Below are positions 26,710 to 34,488 of a stretch of DNA of 50,570 nucleotides, piece after piece (the stretch's first letter is position 1; each line of letters starts with the position of its first letter). The stretch comes from an uncultured Candidatus Saccharibacteria bacterium (GTDB taxonomy: Bacteria; Patescibacteriota; Minisyncoccia; Phycocordibacterales; UBA12445). The translations under genes were made by a program, and so were the position numbers. The notes beneath the pieces are model-generated. The model was not told the origin of the DNA, made no database searches, and saw only the letters and a list, made by a program, of their open reading frames with translations. The DNA lies in assembly GCA_964639675.1 (NCBI GenBank), contig CAZXEK010000041.1, forward strand, positions 1 to 50,570. Reading direction: 5' to 3'.

Positions 26710-26788
26710 TTGTTGCAAAAAAATTCACATCCGATATCATGCTGATTGGATATTGGATATTGATATAGAAAAAGAGGAGGGGAATTAG

Positions 26789-27373
26789 ATGATCAACGAT
26801 CTCTTGCCTCGGTATTATGAGGCCCACAGTGATGACGATACTAGATATACGACAATACAAGGGGAGGTCATCCGAGGACATGAAGTGGCTTGGATGGAAT
26901 GCAGGGGCACTATTATTTGTGGAGATAAAAGTGGAGAAACTTTTACGACTCGCCTGATTTTTTGCGAATGTTGTTTTACTGAGGGTGTGGGTTGGGAGAT
27001 CGACACTAAATATGGTGTGGCGGGCGTCAGTGATCGAGGTCGATGTCTTCCTCGCAGGATATTTCTGCGTCAGCGGCATGCTGAACTCCGGAAGGAATTC
27101 TTGAGGCGTTTCGGGCGACCTATACGCAAGCACATACCGGAAATTATTTTTGCTATGATTGAGAAAGTGAAGGCTCTAGAATTCGTCGAAGATAGCAATG
27201 GAGCCAAACTCTGGAGCGGCTTCTTCTATCTGCAAACGGTCGCGAGTATTGTAAATAAGACCAGGTCTCTTCAGGGGATCAAGGATATTGCCCTGCAGAT
27301 GGTTTATCAAAAAAAGATCAATCTTAACGGCAATGTCGTTACGGATTACCACGAACCTCTTCCTGTCGCATAG
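26789..27373 (+). CDS. hypothetical Cys-rich protein (orphan)
   Basis: 194 aa. AGGAGG at 26775-26780 lies 8 nt before the ATG. Terminator at 27513-27540 downstream. GC appears by eye to be higher than the neighbours (not counted). No motif recognised. Long antisense ORFs overlap it. Confidence 0.5.
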   Translation: MINDLLPRYYEAHSDDDTRYTTIQGEVIRGHEVAWMECRGTIICGDKSGETFTTRLIFCECCFTEGVGWEIDTKYGVAGVSDRGRCLPRRIFLRQRHAELRKEFLRRFGRPIRKHIPEIIFAMIEKVKALEFVEDSNGAKLWSGFFYLQTVASIVNKTRSLQGIKDIALQMVYQKKINLNGNVVTDYHEPLPVA

Positions 27374-27512
27374 AACGAGATATTTAGAATAACCCAAATC
27401 GCCCTTTGTTCGTATTTTGGAATTCTAGTCGGATGTCGAAGATTTTCAACTTGCCACGGAAGAGCTTCGTAAATTCTTAAAATAGGTTTTGAAGAAAAGT
27501 TGAACCACGAAA

Positions 27513-27540
27513 GCCGCATACCTTAGGTAAGCGGTTTTTT
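27513..27540 (+). terminator. rho-independent terminator
   Basis: 10-bp stem gccgcatacc/ggtaagcggt with one mismatch, then tttttt. Confidence 0.6.
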
Positions 27541-27766
27541 AGTTCACCCCGTAGTGGAATTTGCCATCGTTCCCTATGATATATATTTCTAAGTAATTTG
27601 TATTCAAGAGAGTTAGATTGATTTTGGGAATTTATAATTTAAAAACACGAATAATGGTAAATTCTATCAACCTTGTTGACTTTTAATCGATTATCTGCGA
27701 GTATACTACTCGAGTGCATCTTCAGTATAAAACATTATTCTGAAGAGCTTTTCAAAACAAATATCG

Positions 27767-27815
27767 CACAGATCCCTAGACGTTAAGTCTAGGGATCTGT
27801 GTTTGCATTTTAATT
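27767..27815 (+). terminator. strong hairpin terminator
   Basis: Perfect 15-bp stem pairs cacagatccctagac with gtctagggatctgtg (27767-27781 and 27787-27801), then tttgcattttaatttt. Confidence 0.65.
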
Positions 27816-27831
27816 TTGTATGATTTACAAT
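27803..27831 (+). promoter_or_regulatory. promoter TTGCAT-17-TACAAT of a small hairpin/micro-ORF transcription unit
   Basis: TTGCAT at 27803-27808 and TACAAT at 27826-27831. The unit ends at the terminator at 27940-27971. Confidence 0.45.
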
Positions 27832-27939
27832 TATGAATGTTCTGGACGCCCCTAAAATTTTTGTTTCTGAGTAAGGTCGGCAGAGCACTCAAAATGATAT
27901 TTGTTTTGGAGTAAGCGTCTGCCGATCCTACTCCGAAAT

Positions 27940-27971
27940 AAACCCCACACATAAACTTATGTGTGGGGTTT
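27940..27971. terminator. bidirectional terminator
   Basis: Perfect 13-bp stem aaaccccacacat/atgtgtggggttt, with a T-rich tail on the + strand. Confidence 0.7.
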
Positions 27972-28006
27972 GAGTTTATTTATTTTAAATATCTTTCATA
28001 TCTAAG

Positions 28007-28044
28007 GTCAGACTTCTTTGACGGCCGTCACGGAAGTCTGACAC
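28007..28044 (+). repeat. intergenic repeat family 2, copy 2 (forms a 10-bp-stem hairpin)
   Basis: gtcagacttc (28007-28016) pairs with gaagtctgac (28033-28042) around the palindrome gacggccgtc. Confidence 0.6.
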
Positions 28045-28264
28045 GTTGAAGTTATCCCCAACTTTGTACAAAAAAATTTGTTGTTTGATTTTTTTTAAGA
28101 GATAATTATATTATTAGCAACAATATTTTCTGAAAATTTTTTAATAAAAATTTAGAGGTCGAATGTTGTTGTGAGTTACTCGATTGAAAACAATGGCAAA
28201 GAAGAAAGCAGCAAAGAAGTCAGCAAAGAAGAAGCGATAGTTTCTCTAGTCTGATTTAATGTAA

Positions 28265-28297
28265 AAATCTCTCCGACATAAGGTTGGAGAGATTTTT
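28265..28297 (+). terminator. terminator between the Lys-rich micro-ORF and the secA promoter
   Basis: 13-bp stem aaatctctccgac/gttggagagattt (one G-U), then ttttt. Confidence 0.65.
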
Positions 28298-28308
28298 CTA
28301 TCTTATTT

Positions 28309-28317
28309 TGCTATAAT
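28309..28317 (+). promoter_or_regulatory. extended -10 (TGcTATAAT) for secA; ATG 28325 lies 7 nt downstream
   Basis: TATAAT at 28312-28317 overlaps the first in-frame ATG (28316). Confidence 0.55.
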
Positions 28318-30823
28318 GGCCGAGATGTTTTTGTTAGACAAAATATTTGGAAAACCGGGTGATAGAGCCGTGGCTAAGTTACAACCGATTATTGATTTGA
28401 CGGCTGGTTTCGAGCCGTCATTTAAGCTTTTAAATGACTCAGGACTTAAGGATAAGACTCGAGAACTAAAAGAACGATTAGCTTCTGGTCAGACTCTAGA
28501 GGATATTTTACCAGAGGCCTTTGCTCTTGTCAGGGAGGCTGCAGATAGAACTCTCGGTCAGAGGCATTATGATGTTCAGATTATCGGCGGTATATTCTTG
28601 CATCAGGGTAAGATCACAGAGATGAGAACTGGTGAAGGTAAAACTCAGGTAGCAACCTTACCAGCCTATCTTAATGCATTGTCTGGTAATGGAGTTCATA
28701 TTGTGACTGTTAACGACTATCTTGCCAGGCGTGATACAGTTTGGATGGGTCAGATCTATAATCTATTGGGCCTCTCTCTGGCGGTAATAAACCATCAGTC
28801 TTCTTACATCTATGATCCTAAACACAAAGAATCTGATAAAGAGAGAGACAATCTCGGATCCTTCAGAGTTGTTTATGAATTTCTGAAACCTTGTACTCGT
28901 AAGGAGGCGTATTTGGCGGATATAACTTATGGTACCAATCATGAGTTTGGTTTTGATTACTTAAGGGACAATATTAATTATGATTCAAGTGAGATTGTAC
29001 AACGATTAGATAAAGATGGTAACACCTTACATAATTTTGCGATTGTTGACGAGGTCGATTCTATTTTGATAGATGAAGCTAGGACACCCTTAATCATCTC
29101 TTCTGCGACCTCTGAGTCGGAGGATCTTTATAAGGTTTTTGCTAAACTTATCGGTAGATTTATTGTCGGAGAGGACTATACGGTTGATGAAAAGTTTAAA
29201 ACGATTTCCATAACCGAATCTGGTATAAACAAGGCGGAGAAGATTCTTGGCGTCGGCAACATTTATACTGAGGGTGGGATTAAGTATGTTCATCATCTAG
29301 AGACAGCTGTTAGGGCTCGTGCCCTATATCGGTTAGATAAAGAGTATGTTGTCAAAAATGATGAGGTTATAATCGTCGATGAATCAACGGGTCGCCTCCA
29401 GCCCGGTAGAAGATGGTCTGAGGGATTACATCAGGCAGTTGAAGCCAAAGAAAATGTCTCGGTCCAGAAAGAATCTAGAACTATGGCGAGTATAACTTTG
29501 CAGAACTACTTTAGACAGTACAAGAAGCTTTCGGGCATGACCGGTACAGCAGCCACTTCAGCGGAGGAGTTTCAGAAAGTTTACAGTCTTGATACAGTAG
29601 TTGTGCCGACTCACCAGGAAAGTAAGAGGCAAGATCTTGACGATCTAATTTTTCAAACCGAAGCCGGTAAGTTTAAGGCGATCGCCAAGAAGATAAAAGA
29701 GCTCAATCAGAAAGGTCAGCCAGTTTTGGTGGGTACAGTCTCTATTGAGAAAAATGAGCTACTTTCAAAATATCTAAAGCACGAAGGTGTTACCCACGAG
29801 ATACTTAATGCCAAGAATCATGAGAAGGAGGGTGAGATTATTGCTTCCGCTGGGCAACAGGAAGGTGTTGTGATTGCTACCAATATGGCAGGCAGAGGAG
29901 TTGATATCAAGCTCGGTGGAATTTTGGCTACATCAGCCGACTATGGGAAGGTCAAAGATCTTGGGGGACTTTTTGTTCTTGGGACAGAGCGGCATGAAGC
30001 TCGGAGGATTGACAATCAGCTCCGAGGTAGGTCTGGGCGTCAAGGTGATCCAGGGGAAACTCAGTTCTTCGTATCGCTGGAAGATAGTCTCATGAGGATA
30101 TTTGCTTCTGATATGGTTAAGAAAATGATGACCCGGGCCGGAATTCCGGAAGATGAATCGATTCAAAATAGATTTGTTTCTAAGTCCATAGAGGCTGCTC
30201 AAACAAAGATTGAAGGTCTGAACTTTGATTCACGCAAACATCTGCTTGAGTATGATGATGTGATGTCACACCAGAGATCGACTATCTACATTAGACGTAG
30301 GAGGATCTTAATGGGCGATAATTCTTATCTGGACGAACTGCTTCTGCGTCAAGTTGATGAAGCGGCAGGGGATGATGAGGTTAAGAAACTTTTAGATCTT
30401 AAAAAAAGTGATCTGGGTCTTGCCGGTTTTTATAAGTCACTTCGAATGCTCGCCTTACAGGTGATTGATATGCTTTGGGTCGATCATCTGGAGCAGATGG
30501 ATTACATGAGGTCGAGCGTGCGACTTCGAGCTTATGGTCAGAGGGATCCGTTGATTGAATATAAGAGAGAAGGTCTCAAGCTGTTTAGAGATCTCGAAGC
30601 TTCTATTGGTAGTATGTTGATCAAGCTTATCCCTTCGATTGGAGGGCAAGTGACCAGAGAGAATAGGGTAGAGGTCAAAGAGGTTCACGATTCGACTAAG
30701 TTAATAGGCGATACAGGTAGCAGTAGTGATCATCCGGACAGTGCAGAAAAGCCAGAAGCGGGTCGTAATGAGCCTTGTCCATGTGGCTCTGGAAAAAAGT
30801 ATAAGCGATGTCACGGAGTTTGA
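28316..30823 (+). CDS. secA: preprotein translocase ATPase SecA
   Basis: 835 aa with MRTGEGKT, VDEVDSILIDEARTPLIIS, TNMAGRGVDIKLGG and the C-terminal Zn finger CPCGSGKKYKRCHG. The second ATG at 28325 (MFLLDKIFG) is the likelier start, because TGcTATAAT at 28309-28317 overlaps the first ATG. Confidence 0.97.
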   Translation: MAEMFLLDKIFGKPGDRAVAKLQPIIDLTAGFEPSFKLLNDSGLKDKTRELKERLASGQTLEDILPEAFALVREAADRTLGQRHYDVQIIGGIFLHQGKITEMRTGEGKTQVATLPAYLNALSGNGVHIVTVNDYLARRDTVWMGQIYNLLGLSLAVINHQSSYIYDPKHKESDKERDNLGSFRVVYEFLKPCTRKEAYLADITYGTNHEFGFDYLRDNINYDSSEIVQRLDKDGNTLHNFAIVDEVDSILIDEARTPLIISSATSESEDLYKVFAKLIGRFIVGEDYTVDEKFKTISITESGINKAEKILGVGNIYTEGGIKYVHHLETAVRARALYRLDKEYVVKNDEVIIVDESTGRLQPGRRWSEGLHQAVEAKENVSVQKESRTMASITLQNYFRQYKKLSGMTGTAATSAEEFQKVYSLDTVVVPTHQESKRQDLDDLIFQTEAGKFKAIAKKIKELNQKGQPVLVGTVSIEKNELLSKYLKHEGVTHEILNAKNHEKEGEIIASAGQQEGVVIATNMAGRGVDIKLGGILATSADYGKVKDLGGLFVLGTERHEARRIDNQLRGRSGRQGDPGETQFFVSLEDSLMRIFASDMVKKMMTRAGIPEDESIQNRFVSKSIEAAQTKIEGLNFDSRKHLLEYDDVMSHQRSTIYIRRRRILMGDNSYLDELLLRQVDEAAGDDEVKKLLDLKKSDLGLAGFYKSLRMLALQVIDMLWVDHLEQMDYMRSSVRLRAYGQRDPLIEYKREGLKLFRDLEASIGSMLIKLIPSIGGQVTRENRVEVKEVHDSTKLIGDTGSSSDHPDSAEKPEAGRNEPCPCGSGKKYKRCHGV

Positions 30824-30838
30824 AATTCCGATACCCAC

Positions 30839-30862
30839 GTATCTGCTCACAACTCTGAGTAG
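30839..30862 (-). repeat. intergenic repeat family 1, terminal fragment D
   Basis: gtatctgctcacaactctgagtag matches the reverse complement of the right end of copy B (ctactcagacttgtgagcagatac) at 22 of 24 positions. Confidence 0.6.
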
Positions 30863-31238
30863 TATACTAAGGTTTAAAACTTTGATGCGCATCCCAACGT
30901 GGAGGCATCATACTATCCCGATGTAACATCGGGAGAAAGGAGCTGTCATCATGACGGTACATAAGACTGTCGCCGACGGCAAACTCGGGAATAAGGCAAG
31001 CTCATCAATCGGCATGACCTCAAGGACGACCTTAACGGGAAGAAGGTTGTGGGGTGCACAGCTCCTCGACTTCTACCTGAAGAACCCCTAGCTCATCCTC
31101 GATAGGTGGAAGGGCGAGGCATGGGACTCGCACTACCTCTGGCTGAACAGTAGTTTCAGCGACACGAGCTCTGCGTTGCTCGCAAGCTGAGTCCTGAAAG
31201 GTTCGTAGTAGCCTCAAAACTCCCCGACGCTAGTCTCA

Positions 31239-31268
31239 CCCCACATCGGTAACGATGTGGGGCTTTTT
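31239..31268 (+). terminator. terminator closing the GC-rich island
   Basis: 10-bp stem ccccacatcg/cgatgtgggg with a GTAA tetraloop, then cttttt. Two further hairpins follow, at 31271-31283 and 31285-31301. Confidence 0.7.
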
Positions 31269-31389
31269 GTTGCGCCAGAGGCGCATCAGCCTTGGGCTGA
31301 TTTTAATATTCTGTTAATATACAAAACGGGTAGTAGGTGAATATGCGGGAGATTTTAGGTAGGATGGTATATTTAAGAAAATATAGAGT

Positions 31390-31911
31390 ATGAATATTAA
31401 GGTTGGTTCTACGAATAGAGTGAAGGTAGAGGCTCTTCGGGAGATATTGCAGGATTATGCACACTTAAAAGAGGCGACAGTTTTTGCTATCGAAACCTCT
31501 TCGGGTGTCTCAGAGCAGCCTAAGTCTCTAGAAGAGACTGTAAAGGGATCTATAAATCGCGCCAGGAATTCATTTGAAGACTGTCGTTACAGTTTCGGTA
31601 TAGAGTCTGGTCTTATGGAAGTACCGAATACTAAGTCTGGATTTATGGATGTATGTGTCTGTGCAATTTTTGACGGGAAAGAATATCATTTGGGTCTTTC
31701 TTCGGCATGGGAAGCACCGAGGCAGGTTGTACACCATATGTTAAATGATGGATTAGATATGAATCAGGCGGCTTTCAGGGCTGGGTTTACAAAAAATTTG
31801 GAGGTTGGGTCGGCCGAAGGTCTTGTTGGAATTATGACGCGGGGTAGGCTTACAAGAAAAGAATATACAAAGGAAGCAATTAGAACTGCTCTTATTCATC
31901 TAGATAGATAG
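31390..31911 (+). CDS. inosine/xanthosine triphosphatase-like NTPase (YjjX/DUF84 family)
   Basis: 173 aa with N-terminal VGSTNRVKVEAL and an FGIESGL motif. The family call comes from remembered motifs only. Confidence 0.65.
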   Translation: MNIKVGSTNRVKVEALREILQDYAHLKEATVFAIETSSGVSEQPKSLEETVKGSINRARNSFEDCRYSFGIESGLMEVPNTKSGFMDVCVCAIFDGKEYHLGLSSAWEAPRQVVHHMLNDGLDMNQAAFRAGFTKNLEVGSAEGLVGIMTRGRLTRKEYTKEAIRTALIHLDR

Positions 31912-32003
31912 AAAGTGTTCCCGAGAGATCTTATTTCTAAAAGTATCAGAGTATATTATAAGTACGACCGTGGCTATAATATACCGAGGAGATCTTAAAA
32001 GAA

Positions 32004-32051
32004 AAAAGTCCAAGACTTCGAACGGCGGATAGTTCGAAGTCTTGGACTTTT
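32004..32051. terminator. bidirectional terminator with 20-bp stem
   Basis: aaaagtccaagacttcgaac / gttcgaagtcttggactttt with an 8-nt loop, between convergent genes. Confidence 0.75.
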
Positions 32052-32054
32052 ATT

Positions 32055-32258
32055 TTAGAGTATCCATTTCTCGTCGATGAATCTCCCAATGTTTTCTTCT
32101 GTCAGACTTCCGTATTCTTTTATGACACGAAAGAGGTACCACTCCATGGCTCGGTTTCTAAGGCAGGAACCATCGAGAAGAATTTCGTAAAGGTATTCTT
32201 CAATTTCTGTTGAGAAGAGTTTATCTTCAATCTGGATCTTTACAAGCACTTTGGCCAT
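32055..32258 (-). CDS. hypothetical small protein
   Basis: 67 aa. GGGGGT lies 6 nt upstream of the ATG. The 20-bp-stem terminator at 32004-32051 lies directly downstream. Confidence 0.45.
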   Translation of the reverse strand: MAKVLVKIQIEDKLFSTEIEEYLYEILLDGSCLRNRAMEWYLFRVIKEYGSLTEENIGRFIDEKWIL

Positions 32259-32333
32259 CAGATACCCCCGTCCTTCTTTTATATTTTAAAGAGCAATATA
32301 ATATATTTTGTATGCTAGCATGTTTTCATTTTT

Positions 32334-34031
32334 TTGGGTAGTGATGGTACTATGAATAGTATGATAGTTGTGGAAGAGCTGAGGAAGTTTATTAAGGGGG
32401 ATATATCTACTGATGGTAGGGCATTAGCTCACTTCAGTAATGATGCCAGTTTGTTTCAAGTCTGGCCAAGTGTTGTTGTCGCACCTAAAGATGTAGGAGA
32501 CATAAAAAGTTTGGTTAAGTTTGTAGTATTAGAGAAGAGACAGAACCCGAATTTGTCCCTAACGGCTCGTGCCGCAGGCACCGACATGACTGGTGGTCCG
32601 CTTAGTGATTCTATAGTTTTGGATTTTCTCAAATATTTTAATTGGCTTGGTACCATAGAGGATGGTGGGCTTATTACTTCATCGCCGGGCGTTTATTATC
32701 GAGACTTTGAAAAGGTTACTTTGACCAAGGGCTATGTTCTACCGTCGTATCCAGCCTCGAGAGAGTTGTGTGCTATCGGTGGGATTGTTAATAATAATTC
32801 TGGCGGGGAACAATCTTTGGTATATGGCAAGACAGAGAGATATGTGAAAGAGCTTCACGTTGTTTTATCTGATGCCAAGGAGTATACAATTAAAAAACTT
32901 GAGAGAGAGGAACTTGACCTCAAGATGAAACAGATTGATTTCGAAGGAGGAATCTATCGGGCGCTGTTTGGCCTTCTTGAAAGTAATTATCGTTTGGTAA
33001 AAGAGGCCAAGCCGAAAGTTTCTAAAAATTCTGTTGGCTACAATGTCTGGGATATCTGGGATAGAGAAACTGGAATCTTCGATATGACCAAACTTTTTAT
33101 TGGAAGTCAGGGAACGCTCGGGATTACAACCGAAGCGACGTTTCAATTAGTTAAGGTTAAACCTTTTTCTGGTTTAGCTGTCGTTTTCCTTAAGGATCTA
33201 TCTAAACTCCCAGAATTAATAAATGAGATACTTCGATTTTCTCCCAATAGTCTAGAGTCTTTTGATGATCACACCCTTAAACTATCCTTGAAGTTTCTGC
33301 CAGGGCTGGCTTCTCTCATGGGATACAAGAGTCTTTTATCTTTGATGTTAAGTTTTCTACCAGATCTTTTTCATGTTATAAAAATTGGCCTTCCTAAACT
33401 TGTACTCCTAGTTGAATTTAAGGAAGATGATCAGGATAAACTTAAAGACAAATTAAAATCTCTGACAGGTAAGATTGAAGCCATGGGTTTTGATTGGAGA
33501 ATTGCTCGCGATAAAAATGATGAGAAGAAATATTGGACAATAAGAAGAGAAAGCTTCAATCTTTTACGCCATAAGGTTTTAGGTAAACAGACTGCACCGT
33601 ATATAGATGATCTGATTGTCCGGCCCGAATATTTGGGGGAATTTCTACCAAAACTCTATAAGATTCTTGATAAATATGAACTTCTGTACACTATCGCTGG
33701 ACACGTCGGTGACGGTAATTTTCATATTATACCCCTTATGGACCTGAAGGATCCGAAAGAGAGACAAAAAATAAGAGCTTCGATGGAGGAGGTTTATGAT
33801 CTGGTTTTCGAGTATCACGGTTCGATCTCAGCAGAACATAATGACGGACTTTTGCGAGGGCCTTATATAAAGAGTATGTTTGGTGAGGAGCTCTTTGAGA
33901 TCTTTAGGGACATTAAAAAGATTTTTGATCCACAAAATATTTTTAACCCTCATAAAAAAACCGATGCCTCCTTAGACTACACTTTTTCACACATTAAGTC
34001 AGAAATCGGAGGTCAGACCTCCGACAAGTAG
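32334..34031 (+). CDS. FAD-binding (PCMH-type) FAD-linked oxidase/dehydrogenase, GlcD/D-lactate dehydrogenase-like
   Basis: 565 aa. FAD_binding_4-like N-terminal domain (VVAPKDVGDIKSLVKF, ARAAGTDMTGG) and C-terminal GHVGDGNFHI and GSISAEHNDGL. The start is uncertain: TTG 32334, or ATG 32352 or 32361. Confidence 0.85.
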   Translation: MGSDGTMNSMIVVEELRKFIKGDISTDGRALAHFSNDASLFQVWPSVVVAPKDVGDIKSLVKFVVLEKRQNPNLSLTARAAGTDMTGGPLSDSIVLDFLKYFNWLGTIEDGGLITSSPGVYYRDFEKVTLTKGYVLPSYPASRELCAIGGIVNNNSGGEQSLVYGKTERYVKELHVVLSDAKEYTIKKLEREELDLKMKQIDFEGGIYRALFGLLESNYRLVKEAKPKVSKNSVGYNVWDIWDRETGIFDMTKLFIGSQGTLGITTEATFQLVKVKPFSGLAVVFLKDLSKLPELINEILRFSPNSLESFDDHTLKLSLKFLPGLASLMGYKSLLSLMLSFLPDLFHVIKIGLPKLVLLVEFKEDDQDKLKDKLKSLTGKIEAMGFDWRIARDKNDEKKYWTIRRESFNLLRHKVLGKQTAPYIDDLIVRPEYLGEFLPKLYKILDKYELLYTIAGHVGDGNFHIIPLMDLKDPKERQKIRASMEEVYDLVFEYHGSISAEHNDGLLRGPYIKSMFGEELFEIFRDIKKIFDPQNIFNPHKKTDASLDYTFSHIKSEIGGQTSDK

Positions 34032-34063
34032 ACATCCGATGAGCAAAAAGTGATAAATAAAAA

Positions 34064-34087
34064 ACCCAACGCAGGATGGCGTTGGGT
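34064..34087. terminator. bidirectional terminator
   Basis: 9-bp stem acccaacgc/gcgttgggt with an A-run upstream and a T-rich tail downstream, between convergent genes. Confidence 0.65.
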
Positions 34088-34125
34088 GCAGTTTTAAAGT
34101 GACCTTGTTATTTTATTTTCTGATC

Positions 34126-34419
34126 CTAGAGCGAATCTGGAGGATCGTTGAAGGCGCAACCTGGTGTACCGGGTGGAATTGGGCCAACCGCATTTGTCGC
34201 GCTGGCGGCGGCCTTATCCTTGGCCTTCTTGTGAAGTTGATCCAAGAGAGCCACCAAGCATTGGGGATTCTTACTACAGATAAAAAATTCTTCGTACTTA
34301 TTATCTACGACAAATCGGTCTTCAACCTTACCGAATCTAGTTTTTGTTACAGATATTTTAGTGGGGAAGTCATCTGTATTGTTGCCACAAATGGAGCAGA
34401 TAATGTTGAGAAAACTCAT
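34126..34419 (-). CDS. hypothetical small zinc-ribbon-like protein
   Basis: 97 aa with CSICG...CSKNPQC. GGTAGGAAAG lies upstream of the ATG. The terminator at 34064-34087 lies downstream. Preferred over the overlapping + strand ORF, which reads like an antisense shadow. Confidence 0.45.
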   Translation of the reverse strand: MSFLNIICSICGNNTDDFPTKISVTKTRFGKVEDRFVVDNKYEEFFICSKNPQCLVALLDQLHKKAKDKAAASATNAVGPIPPGTPGCAFNDPPDSL

Positions 34420-34488
34420 CTTTCCTACCGCCTTTCGTTTTTTAAGTTTTAAAACAGCGGAACAGTCTTGGTAATTTATAACATAAGT

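Noticed and set aside
26693-27397. Minus-strand ORFs of 146 aa and 73 aa lie in the same frame, separated only by TAG 27176-78. Together with the TAG-interrupted ORF at 30951-31190, this raised the idea of amber-codon reassignment.
   Set aside because: TAG clearly terminates conserved genes here: secY at 20430-32, and the first ORF at 690-92 directly before the next start. The larger minus-strand translation is S/T/P-rich and reads like an antisense shadow. The + strand ORF has a consensus SD and a downstream terminator.
27706-27888. A 60-aa minus-strand ORF inside the secA-upstream island.
   Set aside because: It runs through two + strand terminator hairpins and has no SD or promoter. Its sequence is dominated by hairpin-derived codons.
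28193-28240. The Lys-rich micro-ORF interpreted as a SecM-like arrest peptide regulating secA.
   Set aside because: It has no resemblance to SecM arrest motifs. A terminator and a separate secA -10 element lie between it and secA, so translational coupling of the SecM type is not possible. It is retained only as a low-interest finding.
30883-31288. The GC-rich island interpreted as RNase P RNA, tmRNA or SRP RNA.
   Set aside because: On either strand I could not find any of the following:
- the RNase P P4 motifs (GGAAAGTCCGG or ACAGAAnCCGGCTTA type)
- a tmRNA tRNA-like end (GGTTCGAnTCC...CCACCA)
- the SRP domain-IV GGAA/AGCA loops

The 8-nt complementarity between tgatgcgc (30883-90) and gcgcatca (31281-88) is too short to be meaningful on its own.
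34099-34452. A 117-aa ORF on the + strand.
   Set aside because: Its translation is low-complexity and hydrophobic, it has no SD or promoter, and it fully overlaps the minus-strand 97-aa ORF. The minus-strand ORF has an SD-like site, a zinc-ribbon-like CxxC pattern and a terminator.
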